This document shows, piece by piece, positions 26,743 through 39,820 of a stretch of 64,000 nucleotides of DNA (the first letter of the stretch is position 1; each line of letters starts with the position of its first letter). This stretch comes from Mobula hypostoma (Eukaryota), in contig NC_086097.1 in assembly GCF_963921235.1 (NCBI RefSeq), positions 122,576,001 through 122,640,000 of the forward strand, written 5' to 3'. The notes under the pieces are model-generated. The model was not told where the DNA came from. It ran no database searches and saw only the letters and a program-made list of their open reading frames with translations. A program made the position numbers and the translations under genes.

Positions 26743-27800
26743 AGGAAGAGGAATAACAGACATAAAAAGATTTACACAACAGTTGGTTAAAACTTCTAAT
26801 CTAAGGATATATTTTCATCAATGAAAAGAGGATTCAGCAGTTTATGTGAGCATATGCAATACTGATGAGAAATACACCCCACTAAACTTAAATGAAAACA
26901 CAGCCTAGAAAAATGAAGAAACTATCACTACAGAAGAAAAAGTTAACCAATGGAAGAACATAACCCTCCATGGAAGACATCCCCATGATCTGAACAGACT
27001 AGATGTCAACAAGGAAGTGATAAAAGACTGGCTCAGAGTTGACGACTTCTTTACAGAAACAGAGTGGCTCCTTGTGACAATACAGGACCAGGTGATTAAC
27101 ACAAATTATATCAAAAATGCATAATAAAAGACCAACAGTTTCAAGACAATAAGTGCAGAAAATGCCAAGGGAAACCAGGAACAATCCTACCCATTACAGG
27201 ATCCTGTAGCTGTTTAACTCAATCTGATTACTTACACAGGCATACAAAGAGGCAAACTTCATTCAAGATCTTGCTTTAAAATACAAACTCATAAAAGGCA
27301 CCATACCTTATTACAAATACAAGCCTAATCCAGTTTTAGAGTTGAAGTCCTACAAATTATATTACAACAGATCTATTATTACAGATAGGGTAATGCATAA
27401 TAACTGTCTGAATATAATATTACAGATAAACAAGCAAGAGCAATTTACTTAATAGATATAGTCATTCTGAATACACATAACTTACAGGAATCAGTAAGTA
27501 AAATGCGCCAGAAATATGCTGAATTAAAAGAGGAAATTGAAAGACTATAGAACATGAACAGAGTATACATTGTCTAATAGTAATATCTGCCATTGATATC
27601 ATCCCAAAGTCCTTACATAATAGCATTAATCAATTAGGCCTAAATAGCAATATTTACACAATGGGAGTCTCCAGAAAGCCACAATAATAAACACCTCTAG
27701 AATAATCTGAAAGTTCCTCGCAATTGAAAAATGAGTGTGCTTGGCTATATCCATACCTCAGGTTTTACCAACTTGTTCAGAGAGAAAATATATAATAATA
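26743..27800 (+). mobile_element. Decayed R4/Dong-clade (RLE) non-LTR retrotransposon 3' fragment
   Basis: Fragments LHGRHPHDL, FTETE...TIQDQVINT, KCRKC..(H)I.GSC, DYLHRH, IITDR, YLIDI, QKYAELKEEI and LQKATI..T; flanked by TAA runs. Confidence 0.8.
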
Positions 27801-29934
27801 AACAGATAGTAATTAAATAATACTGAGAACATTAAGTGTAGAGTACTAGTACTTGAAAGTAAGTCAATAGGTTGTGGAATCAGTTCACCATTGAGGTGAG
27901 TGAAGTTATCCACATTGGTTCGGGAGCCTGATGGTTGAAGTGCAATATCTGTTCCCGAACCTCGTCATGTGGGCCTAAAGCTCCTGTACTTCCTTCCTGT
28001 TGGTAGTAGAAAAAAGAGAGCATAACCTGAATGGTGGTGGTCCTTGATACTAGATGCTGCTTTTTTGTGGCAGTGCCCCTTGTAGACATGCTCAAAATTC
28101 TCCTAAACAAAATGGAATACAAAATAGCATAAAACCATAAACGGTATCTCTTTTTATAAACTCAGAATAAAGCAAGTTTCTGTTAATTTTAGCGTGTTTT
28201 GCATTTTTATAGAAGGAATCCTTTTGCAATTAATATATCTTTCATGACATCTCGAAGAGGCTTACAGCCAACAGAATACCTTTCTGTGATCCATTAGTTT
28301 TGATCTTTCACTATTCCTCTGATTCCCAAAATGTCTCAGAGGACTGGGAATCTAGGAATGAACTTTTCCTAGAGTTATAGAGTCATAGAACACTACAGCA
28401 TAGAAACAGGCCTTGCCAATGTCTTATAGAACATCAACATAACATCCCAATTCCTGTACCTTGATTTATGAAGGCCAATGTGCCAAAAGTCATCCTTACG
28501 GCCCTCTCTACTTGTGACATTTCTTCCAAAGAACTATGGATTTGTACTCCCAGATCCCCCTGTTCTACCACATTCCGCAATGTCCTGTTGAAGAAAGAAA
28601 GGAAATAGAACAAAGGAAAATGCAGGGCAGTTAGTCTTAAATTCCTTGTTATGAATATGCTGGAATCTATTAATAAGGAAGATTTGGCAGAACGTTTAGA
28701 AAATCCAAATATAATGGAAGTTTTATGAAAGAGAAATTGGATTAGTGGCATAAGTAGTAGAGCTAAACCTCACAGCTCCAGTGACTTGGCCTCCATGGCT
28801 GTGTGCAGATTACATGTTCTCTGGGTGTTGCCACTTTCCTCCCACATCCCAAAGACAGATAGGTTTATTGGTTGTAAGTTGCCCCTAGTGGATAAGTGCT
28901 TGGCAGAGACGGGAAGAAATACATGGAAATGTGGAGAAAATAAAATGACCTTAGTGTTGGATTAGGAAAATCAGTGGAATAGATTAGTGATCAGGGTCCC
29001 ATCATCAATGAGTCTGAATTTTGAGGCCTAGTGTTTGGTGATCAGAGAGTCCTGGGGCTGATGCTGAGGATGGAGTCTGGACGTCAAAAGTCTGGACGTC
29101 GAGGCTGTGAATCTCTGTGTGTCTGCCGGGGTAGTCGAAGGCCCAGTATCTGCGAGTCCGAGTCTGTTGGAAGCTGAAGGCCTCAGAAGATGGGCTGTTC
29201 TCGAGGTAGAGGGAGGTTTTGCTGTTGTTGTTTTCTTGCCCGTTGTGGTCTGTGTTCTGCTGAGTATTGTGAGCATGCTTTCTAGGCTTCAGAATGTGTA
29301 GCTGCACATGGGGCCTCCCCCCAGCACCTCCTCAAGTGTGTTGGTTGATTACACGAATGGCACATCTCACTGTAAGGTTTAATGTACAAGAGATAAATAA
29401 ACTTGAATCTTGAATCCTAACTTTGGTGGGGGGGTGGGCAGGGTTTGTCAAAGAGCCACTTTGCAAGCACTACGACTAAATTCAATTCCTCAGCTTTCTT
29501 TGAGGATATAACTGTCAGGGTGAATAAAAGGATCAGTAGAGGCTGAATCCAGTTGTCAAAGCTTGTATTGTCTAAAAATGCAGCACTGACTGGAAACTCT
29601 TGTTCTTTTCACAGAACAGTTATAGATTTCCAAAATGCTATCAGTAAAGAGCTGCACAAGATGTTCTTGGTTTCAGAGCTCATGTCATGGAGGGCAACCT
29701 AATAGTATAGTGTAAAGAAAGGCTTGAATATCTAATGAAAAAAGTTTGAAAAAAGGCCATTTTTATATTGACAAATTATAGCTGGTGGGGGAGCAGCAAA
29801 GATCATTTGGGTGATCAACTATTTACAATTTACATGAGTGATTCAGGTAAACGGACTCAGTGTTTTATCGCCCACATTTTCTGATGATGGGAAAGAAATG
29901 TGCAAGGAAGAAGCAAAAAGTCTACAAAGACCCC

Positions 29935-30410
29935 AGGATGCGGACTGGATAAGAGAACGTGTCTCATGAGCAGAGGTTGTGTGAGCTAGGGCTTTTCTCG
30001 TTAGCACGAAAGAGGATGAGAGGTGACTGGATAAAGGTGTACAAGATGATAAGAGGGTGGATCGAGTGGGTAGTCAGAGATATTTTCCCAGGATGGAAAT
30101 GGTTAGTACAAGAGGACGTAATATTAAGATGATTGGAGGAATGTATGGGGAGGGGGGAGGTGTCAGAGGTAAGTTTCTTTACACAGAGAGTGGTGAGTAC
30201 ATGGAGCTCCCTGTCAGAGGTAGTGGTGGAGGCAGATACATTCGGGATATTTAAGAAACTCTTAAACAGGCACATACACAACAGAAAAACAGAGGACTGT
30301 GTAGAAGGGAAGGGTTAGACTGATCTTAGAATAGATTATAAGTTCGACACAACATCATGGTTTGAATAAATTGTACTCTGCTGTTGTGTTCCATGTTCTA
30401 CGTTCTATAA
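29935..30410 (+). mobile_element. CR1 3' fragment
   Basis: FFTQRVVSTWSSL motif and (ttctatg) tail. Confidence 0.8.
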
Positions 30411-31079
30411 AGAGATATTAATAGGTGAAGTGCGTGGCTAAATTTCGGCAATTTCAAATAATTTGAGGTAGTACACAGTTACCCACTTCAGTAGGAAGAG
30501 CAGAAAAGGAGAATGTAGTTGAATGGAGAGAGACAGCTTGAGATGAACCCAGATATTCTTACACATGAAGCACAGAAAGTTACGCTGCAGGTGCAGTAGG
30601 TAATTAGGAAAGCAAGGGAAATGTTATTTTGCAAAGTGGTTAGAATATAAAAGTAAGGAAGGATTGCTGCAATTGTTGGTAAAATCAGACCTGGAGGCCT
30701 GCCTGAAGTTTTGGCCTTTCTTTCAGGAGGTATAAACTTGCATTGGAATCACCTCCGATGAGCTTGCCCAGTTTAATTCCTGGGATCAATTGGATGCCTC
30801 CTAAGGAAAGGACAATAATATTGATGTGGAGGATCCTCCTCACAAATAGGCAAGGCAAGTGGTGGTGTTCATTGGAATATACAGGTGATAAAGCATCATG
30901 TTAGCAGACACCGAGTGAATCTCTTGCTGACTCTTCCACAGTTTGTCTTCTTTTGCACATTGATTGTTTGTCATCCTTTGTCCATGTGGAGCTTTTCATT
31001 GATTCCATTGTATTTCTCTGTTCTACTGTGAATGCTTGTAAGAAAATGAATCTCAAAGTAGTATATGAGTAGTCCACTA

Positions 31080-31082
<3 letters not shown>

Positions 31083-31118
<36 letters not shown>
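31083..31118. repeat. (CT)n microsatellite
   Basis: Directly visible. Confidence 0.95.
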
Positions 31119-31635
31119 AGAATTAAGAAACTTTTAGCTTTGACCAAGGAAAACAACCTCCACAAATTTAAATAAATTAATACTAGTCAGTCTTCCACAG
31201 TTTTGCACGAAAGTTGTCAAGGTCAAGTGTAGCCTTCAGATAAAGTAATGTTAGAAAAGGAGAACGAGTAGATCAAGATGCAATTTACTTCCCATTTTGA
31301 GTCAAGCAATCTGCCCTCAATTCCCATGTTCACATTTAAAATAGAAACTGCCTTTGTAACCAGGTCACACTGTAATTACAGCCTCCAACCCCTGGATCCC
31401 CTGCAGCCACTAGTGGGAGGTGTAATTACAAGCTGACAAGTTTCTGCGGGCAGTTTCGATTATAAATGCGGACTGAGGAATTTAGAGTGGAAAAAAGTTG
31501 AAAGGAAGAGCAAATCGAGATAAGGGGCCAGATTTTGTTGCATCTTAACATCTTTTAACATGTCCCCATCAGTCAGGCTGGTATCTATCATGCATATTTA
31601 AATGATAATTTGTTTGTCCACACATTTGCAGGAGA

Positions 31636-33980
31636 TAGAACATAGGACATAGAACATAGAATAGTACAGCATATTACAGGGCCTTCGACCCACAGTGTTG
31701 TACCAATCCTCAATCCCTGCCTCCCATATAACCCCCCCCCACCTTAAATTCCTCCATATACCTGTCCAGTAGTCTCTTAAACTTCACTAGTGTATCTGCT
31801 TCCACCAGTGCATTCCACGCACCAACCATTCTCTGAGTAAAAAACCTTCCTCTGATATCCCCCTTGAACTTCCCACCCCTTACATTAAAGCTATGTCCTC
31901 TTATATTGAGTACTGGCGGCCTGGGGAAGGGGCGCTGGCTATCCACTCTATCTATTCCTCTTATTATCTTGTACATCTCTATCATGTCTCCTCTCATCCT
32001 CCTTCTCTCCAAAGAGTGAAGCCCTAGCTCCCTTAATCTCTGATCATAATGCATACTCTCTAAACCAGGCAGCATCCTGGTAAATCTCCTCTGTACTCTT
32101 TCCAATGCTTCCACATCCTTCCTATAGTGAGGCGACCAGAACTGGACACAGTACTCCAGTTGTGGCCTAACCAGAGTTTTATAGAGCTGCATCGTTACAT
32201 CGCGACTCTTAAACTCTATCCCTCGACTTATGAAAACTAACACCCCATAAGCTATCTTAACTACCCTATCTACCTGTGAGGCAACTTTCAGGGATCTGTG
32301 GACACGTACCCACAGATCCCTCTGCTCCTCCACACTACCAAGTATCCTGCCATTTACTTTGTACTCTGCCTTGCCGAGTTTGTCCTTCCAAAGTGTACCA
32401 CCTCACACTTCTCCGGGTTGAACTCCATCTGCCACTTCTCAGCCCACTTCTGCATCCTATCAATGTCTCTCTGCAATCTTCGACAATCCTCTACACTACC
32501 TACAACACCACCAACCTTTGTGTCGTCTACAAACTTGCCAACCGACCCGTCTACCCCCACATCCAGGTCGTTAATAGAAATCACGAAAAGTAGAGGTCCC
32601 AGAACAGATTCTTGTGGGACACCACTAGTCACAATCCTCCAGTCTGAATGTACTCCCTCCACCATGACCCTCTGCCTTCTGCAGGCAAGCCAATTCTGAA
32701 TCTACCTGGCCAAACTTCCCTGGATCCCATGCCTTCTGACTTTCTGAATAAGCCTACCGTGTGGAACCTTGTCAAATGCCTTACTAAAATCCATATAGAC
32801 CACATCCACTGCACTACTCTCATCTATATGCCTGGTCACCTCCTCAAAGAACTCTATCAGGCTTGTTGGACACGATCTGCCCTTCACAAAGCCATTCTGA
32901 CTGTTCCTGATCAGACCATGATTCTCTAAATGCCCATAGATCTTTTCTCTAAGAATCTTTTCCAACAGCTTTCCCACCACAGATGTAAGGCTCACTGGTC
33001 TATAATTACCCGGACTATCCCTACTACCTTTTTTGAACAAGGGGACAACATTCGCCTCCCTCCAATCCTCTGGTATCATTCCCGTGGACAATGAGGACAT
33101 AAAGATCCTAGCCAGAGGCTCAGCAATCTCTTCCCTCGCCTCATGGAGCAGCCTGGGGAATATTCCATCAGGCCCCAAGGACTTATTCGTCTTAATGTAT
33201 TTTAACAACTCCAACACCCCCTCTCCCTTAATATCAACATGCTCCAGAACATCAACCTCACTCATATTGTCCTCACCATCATCAAGTTCCCTCTCATTGG
33301 AGGATACCGAAGAGAAGTATTCATTGGGGACCTCACTCACTTCCAGAGCCTCCAGGCACATCTTCCCACCTTTATTTCTAATCGGTCCTACCTTCACTCC
33401 TGTCATCCTTTTGTTCTTCACATAATTGAAGACCTTGGGGTTTTCTTTACCCTACTCGCCAAGGCCTTCTCATGCCCCCTTCTTGCTCTTCTCAGCCCCT
33501 TCTTAAGCTCCTTTCATGCTTCCCTATCTGAACTATCTGATCCTTGCTTCCTAAACCTCATGTATGCTGCCTTCTTCCACCTGACTAGATTTTCCACCTC
33601 ACTCGTCACCCATGGTTCCTTCACCCCACCATTCTTTATCTTCCTCACTGGGACAAATTTATCCCTAACATCCTACCAGAGATCGCTAAACATCGACCAC
33701 GTGTCCATAGAACATTTTCCTGCAAAAACATCATCCCAATTCACACCTGCAAGTTCTAGCCTAATAGCCTTGTAATTTGCGCTTCCCCAATTAAAAATTT
33801 TCTTGTCCTCTCTGATTCTATCCTTTTCCATGATAATGCTAAAGTCCAAGGAGCGGTGGTCTCTGTCCCCCAGATGCTCACCCACTGAGTGATCTGTGAC
33901 CTGACCCAGTTCATTACCTAGCACTAGATCTAGTATGGTATTCTCCCTAGTCGGCCTGTCCACATACTGTGACAGGAATC
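31636..33980 (-). mobile_element. Young 5'-truncated CR1 LINE, same subfamily as 8422-10458
   Basis: ORFs 31710-32333, 32354-32665, 32702-33421 and 33673-33963 are consecutive ORF2 pieces; (catagaa)n tail. Confidence 0.95.
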
Positions 33981-34059
33981 TGTCACAGAATCAGATCAGG
34001 GTGGTAATCATACAATGTGGTGTCCAGACACTGGACCTGGATCAAAAGAATGGTTAAGC

Positions 34060-34385
34060 GTTCTGAAGATGCTGAAAATCCACAGCAACACATTCAAAAT
34101 ACTGGAGGAACTCAGTAGGACAGGCAGCATCAATGGAGAGGAATAAACCGCTGATGTTTCAGGCGAGTCCCCTTATCAGGACTGGAAAGTAAGGAGAAAG
34201 AAGCCAGAATAAGGAAGTGGGGGGGAGGAGAGGAGTACAAGCTAGAAGATGATTGGTGAAACCAGGTAAGGGGGAAGGTGAATGGGTGAAATGAAGTGAG
34301 AAAGTGGGAAGTGATAGGTCGAAAAGATAAATGGCAGAAGAAGGAGGAACCTGACATGAGAGGAGAGTGGACCATAGGAAAAAGG
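34060..34385 (-). mobile_element. Penelope-like pLTR with decayed hammerhead
   Basis: Reverse complement reads cagtc-ctgataa-ggggactcgcct-gaaac-atc; homologous to 8090-8420. Confidence 0.75.
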
Positions 34386-34958
34386 ATCAAGCACTGTCTC
34401 CTTTCTTCATTAGACAAGGATTGAACAACAACGCTAGAAAGGAAGGATTAGAGTTGATGAATTTGACACCAAATAAGGAATAGTTATAAAGGACGTTCAA
34501 TAATTATTTTTATGTTTAAAATTCAACATTTTTAAAATCATATAAAATAGCTCACACCACCAGAAGGGATTTTTCACTCTTTGGGCAGAAGTCTTTGGTT
34601 ATCATTGTCAATTTACACATCTTTCAGAATATGATTGACGTATTGTCATGAAAGTTGTTTTGTGGCAGCAGTACAGTTCAATACAAAAAATGTGCTATAA
34701 ATTACAATAAGAAATATTGTAAATTCTTAAATTATATTTATCTTAAATATATTCCTCCACCTTAACTATATACAGTTTAAACATGTATTCTTAAATTATA
34801 TTAAATATATAGTATACATGGTTCATGGTTAATAGAGAAATCTGAAAACGGAGGGGAAGAAGCTGTTACTAAAATATTGAGTGTGTGTCTTTAAGCTCCT
34901 GTACCGCCTCTCTGATGATAGTGATGAGAGTGGGACATGCATTGGGAGGTGGGTGCTT

Positions 34959-35182
34959 TGTAATGAATATTTCAATAATATTTGAGTCATCTTGCATATA
35001 TATTGGTTGATTAAGCATTCTTGTTTGTTTAAATTATTAATTATGGGTTATATGTAAAATATGTTATTTGCATACATCATCACGCCACCATACAATAAAG
35101 TAAACTCGAAGCTAGACTCACATTTCGGACTACCATGTCTTCTTTGAATTAGTTTAATATTTTGAAGATACAAAACATAACA
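34959..35182 (+). mobile_element. Possible solo LTR
   Basis: TG...CA ends, internal aataaa, interrupts a Rex-type tail; gtgggtg repeated near both sides. Confidence 0.45.
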
Positions 35183-36814
35183 GTGGGTGTCCTTAATGAT
35201 GGATATCCTTTTTTTGCGGCATTGACTTTTGAAGATGTCCTCAATGGTGGGGAGGCAAGTGATACACCCCTAATTAAGTTTGACTCTTGTGCTGAGTTTA
35301 ATGAGCATTTGCAAACACCATGAAAATAGGGAAAGACTGTGGCTGAAAGCCTGTTTTTAATAAAACTAATCATGGAGTGGTTCAAAAATTGACAGCAACT
35401 TGTCACAATTTGCTGTTTACAGAGGAGTTGTCCGAGAAATTACTGGATGATTTGCACATTAACAATTCATCAGATCATTTTATGAGATAACTTTATGTAA
35501 AATCAAATTAAGTTATCTTTATTTTCTTATAAATATAAATAAATTTTATTTTGCACAAATTATCTTTCATAAATTCCAGAATAGCAAGGATTGGTTACAG
35601 AAATTTATAATGGGTGATACTAGATCTGTCGATCTCTCTCAGTTTAGAATTTCAGTGATTTCAGTGGATCAAAACATTGGAAAAACATGCACAATAACGA
35701 AAATAAGGGGAGATTGGAGAGAGGTACACAAAATTATGAGGGGTATAAATAGTGTAATTGCAAGCAGGCTTTTTCCACTGAAGTTGGGTGAGACAAGAAC
35801 TAGCAGTCATGGGTTAAGTTTTCATGGTGAAGTATTTAAAGGGGAATATGGGGGGTATTTTGAGAGTGTGGAACGAGTTGCCAGTGGAAGTGATGGATGT
35901 GGGTTTGGTATGAGAAATGTGGATAGTTGGAAGGAGTATGGAGGGCCACGATCTAGGTGCAGGTCAATGAGACTAGGCAGGCTAATATTTCAGCACACAA
36001 TGGCTGAAGGGCTATTTCTGTGCTGTGATACTCTATGATTCTATGTCTCTATGTCTATAAACAGTTCCTTTATATCACCTGCTTACATTTTGCCAAAATT
36101 TATTTTTCAGGGAAGCAACAAAAGCTGAGATTCATTTCTTAAGATTGCAGAGTCATAGAGAAGTGCAGCACAGAAACATGCCTTTTGGCCTGCCTAGTCC
36201 ATGCTGAACCATTTAAACTGTCTAGTCCCATCGACCTACACTGGGACCATAGCCCTCCATACCCCTACCATCCATGTACCTATCCAAACATGTTTTAAAC
36301 ATTGAAATTGAGCTCATATGCACCACTTGCTCTAGCAGCTCTCACAATGCTCTGAGTGAAGACGTTTCCCCTCATGTTCTCCTTCAAGTTTTCACCTTTC
36401 ACCCTTAACCCATGACCTCTAGTTGTAGTCCCACCCAACCTCAGTGGAAAAAGCCTGCTTGCATTTATCCTATCTATACCCTTCATAATTTTGTACAACT
36501 CTATCAAATTTCCTCTCAATCTTCTCTCTGCTGCCATCAGGAAGAAGGTACGGAGCTCAGGACTCACACCACCAGGTTCGGGAACAGTTACTACCCTGCA
36601 ACCATCAGGCTCTTAAATCAGATGGGGTAACTTCACTCACCCCATCATTGAAATGTTCCCATAACCTATGGACTCATTGTCAATGACTCTTCTCATGTTC
36701 TCGACATTTATTGCTCATTTATTTATTATTATTATTATTATCACTTTTTTAATATTTGCACAGTTGGTTGTTTTTTGCTCATTTGTTGTTAGTCCATTCT
36801 GCTGGGTGTGCTCC

Positions 36815-37375
36815 TATAAGTTTTAGGAGCTGAATTAGGCCATTTGGCCCGTTGAATCTGCTCTGCCATTTCATCATGGTTGATGCAATTTTCCCCTCTC
36901 AGTCCCATTCTCTGGCCTTCTCCCTGTATTCCTTCATGCCTTAAATATACCTAAAGATCTGGCTTCCACAGTTGCCTGTGGCAAAGAATTCCACAGATTC
37001 ACCACTCTCTGGCTGAAGAAATTCCTCCTCATCTCCGTTCTAAAATGATACCCTTCTATTCTGAGGCTGTTTCCTCGGAACCTACACTCTCCCATCAGAG
37101 GAAACATCCTGTCCACATCTGCTCTATCAAACCCTTTCACTATTTGATAGGTTTCAATGAGGTCGCCTCTCATTCTTCTGAATTCCAGTGAATACAGGCC
37201 CAGAGCTATCAGGCACTCTTTATATGACAAGCCATTCAATTCTGGAATCATTTTCGTGAGCCTCCTTAGAACCCTTTCCTGCTTCAGCACATCCTTTCTA
37301 AAATAAGGGGCCCAGATCTGCTCACAATACTCCAAGTGAGGCCTCAACAATGCTTTATAAAATTCCCTTTGCACC
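36815..37375 (-). mobile_element. CR1 3' fragment
   Basis: ORF 36934-37425 YKALLRPHLEYC...FFSQRVVNLWNSL. Confidence 0.85.
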
Positions 37376-37422
37376 TCAGCTTTTTTGTATCTTCTCTCCA
37401 CTTTGAAAATAGTCAACCCTTT

Positions 37423-38425
37423 CATTTCACAGGGATCTGTTCTGGGACCCCTCTTCTTCGTTATTTTTATAAATGACCTGAATGAAGAAGCAGAAGGGTG
37501 GGTTAGTAAGTTTGCTGATGACGCAAAGATTGGGGGTGGTTTGGATAGTCTGGAGGGTTGTCAAAGGTTACAGTGGGACAGCGATCAGATGTAGAACTGG
37601 GCTGAGAAGTGGCAGATGGAGTTCAACCCAGATAAGTGTGAAGTGGTTCATTTTGGTAGATCAAATCTGAAGACAGAATATAGTAATAATGGTAAGAGTC
37701 TTGGCTGGGTGGAGGATCAGAGGGACCTTGGGGTCCGCGTCCATAGGACACTCAAAGCTGCTGCTCAGGTTGACAGTGTTGTTAAGAAGGCGTATGGTGT
37801 GTTGGCATTCATCAGTCATGGAATTGAGTTCAAGTAGTGTGAGGTAATGTTACAGCTGTATAAGACCTTGGTCAGATCCTATTTTGAGTACAGTGTTCAG
37901 TTCTGGTCACCTCACTACAGGAAGGATGTAGATACTATAGAAAGAAGGCAGAGGAAATTTACAAGGGTGTTGCCTGGATTGGAGAGTGTGCCTTATGAGA
38001 ATAGATTGAGTGAACTCCGCTTTTTCTCCTTGGAGCAAAGGAGGATGAGAGGTGACCTGATAGAGATGTATAAGATGATGAGAGGCACTAATTGTGTGGA
38101 TAGCCAGAGGCTTTTTCCCAGGGCTGAAATGGCTAACACAAGAGAGCATAGTTTTAAGATGCTTGGAAGTAGGTACTCAGGGCCATGTCAGGGATAAGTT
38201 TTTCACACAGAGAGTGGTGGGTGCATGGAATGCACTGCCCTTGACGGTGGTGGAGGTGGATACAATAGAGTCTTTTAAGAGACTCTTAGATAGGTACATG
38301 GAGCTTAGAAAAATAGAGGGCTATGTGGTAGGTAATTCTAGGCAGTTTCTAGAGTAGGTTACATGGTTGGCACAATATTGTGGGCCGAAGGGCCTGTAAT
38401 CTGCTGTAGATTTCTATGTTCTACA
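37423..38425 (+). mobile_element. CR1 3' fragment (RT C-terminal half)
   Basis: QGSVLGPLFF, KFADD, LYKTLVRS and FFTQRVV motifs; tail. Confidence 0.9.
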
Positions 38426-39177
38426 TATCTGAGCTCACGTTGATCTTAAACATAATTAACTTCATTACTCAATTTAAGTTCAATAAATTATAGTTAACTA
38501 GTCTTACATCTCTTAACATACACAAACTCAAAATATTTCCAGGTTATTGAGAGGGGGCTAGGTGAGGGGCCTGTCAGAAGAATAACCACAGACTCATCTA
38601 ATCCCATGCTTACTTGCTTCTCCTAAATGTTCACTGTTCTGGCAAGAGCAAAGCAGTCAAGCACCCGAATCCTTATTGATGCTGACAGCACAGTAGTGAA
38701 CGTCCACAAAGAACTGCCCAAGGACCAGTCATGATCTTCAGGAGAACTGGAAAAAAATATTCCAGAAGAGGATGTCAGAACCACAGCTATTAATTTTGGG
38801 CCTTTTCAACATGAGGGAAGATAATAAGTACAAACCCCCACATATTCAGAGTACCACAATCTTTATGTTCTGGTAGATTGTGAAACATGAAATGTACCCC
38901 CATTTCACCAGAGCATAAAACAAATAGGGACAAAAGAAAAATCTTAATAAAAGCCCATTTAGTCAACTGCAACTTACCACTCAAAATGTTTTATATTCGT
39001 AAGTATAATTCTGGGGAGAGAGAGAATAATTTTAGGGATCAGGTTAGGGTTTAGGGACAGTGATGTGGGGTAGTTAGAGGTCAGATTAGGCTTTTTCATT
39101 CAACATCCAGTGACATGGGTGGGTGATGAAGGACATCTGTAGTCTAGGCCTCCATTTCGTGCACAAAGTTCAATGAC

Positions 39178-39820
39178 ATTAGATTAGATTATTACATTAG
39201 ATTAGATTACGAGGACACGCAGTCCTCTTATTGTCATTCAGTAATGCATGCATTAAGAAATAATACAATATTCCTCCGGTGTGATATCACAGAAACACAG
39301 GACAGACGAAGGCTGAAAAACTAACAAAACCACATAATTATAACATATAGTTACAACAGTGCAACAATACCATAACTTGATGAAGAACAGGCCATGGCAC
39401 AGTAAAAAAAGTTCAAAGTCTCTCAAAAGTCCCACATCTCACGCAGACGGGAGAAGGAAGAAAAACTCTCCCTGCCATGCCTGACCACAGTCCGACTCTG
39501 AGTCGTCCGAAAACTTCGAGCTCTGATCAGCCCTCTGACACCGAGTACCGAGCACCATCTCTGCCGAACGCTTCGACCTCAGCCTCAGTTGCCAGCAGCA
39601 GGCAAAGCCGAGGATTTTGGGGCCTTCCCTCCAGAGATTCTCGATCGCACAGTAGCAGTGGCAGCGAACCGGGCATTTCAGAAATTTCTCCAGATGTTCC
39701 TCTGCTTCTCACGTCCGTCTCCATCAAATCAGAATTGAACACGGCCCCTACTTAACAAATACGATATCATTTCACCGGAGAGCTGCGCCCGCTGGTGTCA
39801 CGCCGCCGTCCTCTCCTCCC
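39178..39820 (-). mobile_element. CpG-rich non-coding retroposon with (taatc)n tail
   Basis: Retains CpGs (young); aataa-like signal followed by attag repeats at 39178-39210. Confidence 0.65.

Noticed and set aside
36815..38425. Head-to-head CR1 pieces as one twin-primed inversion
   Set aside because: Both pieces cover the same 3' region, each has its own tail, and they belong to different subfamilies.
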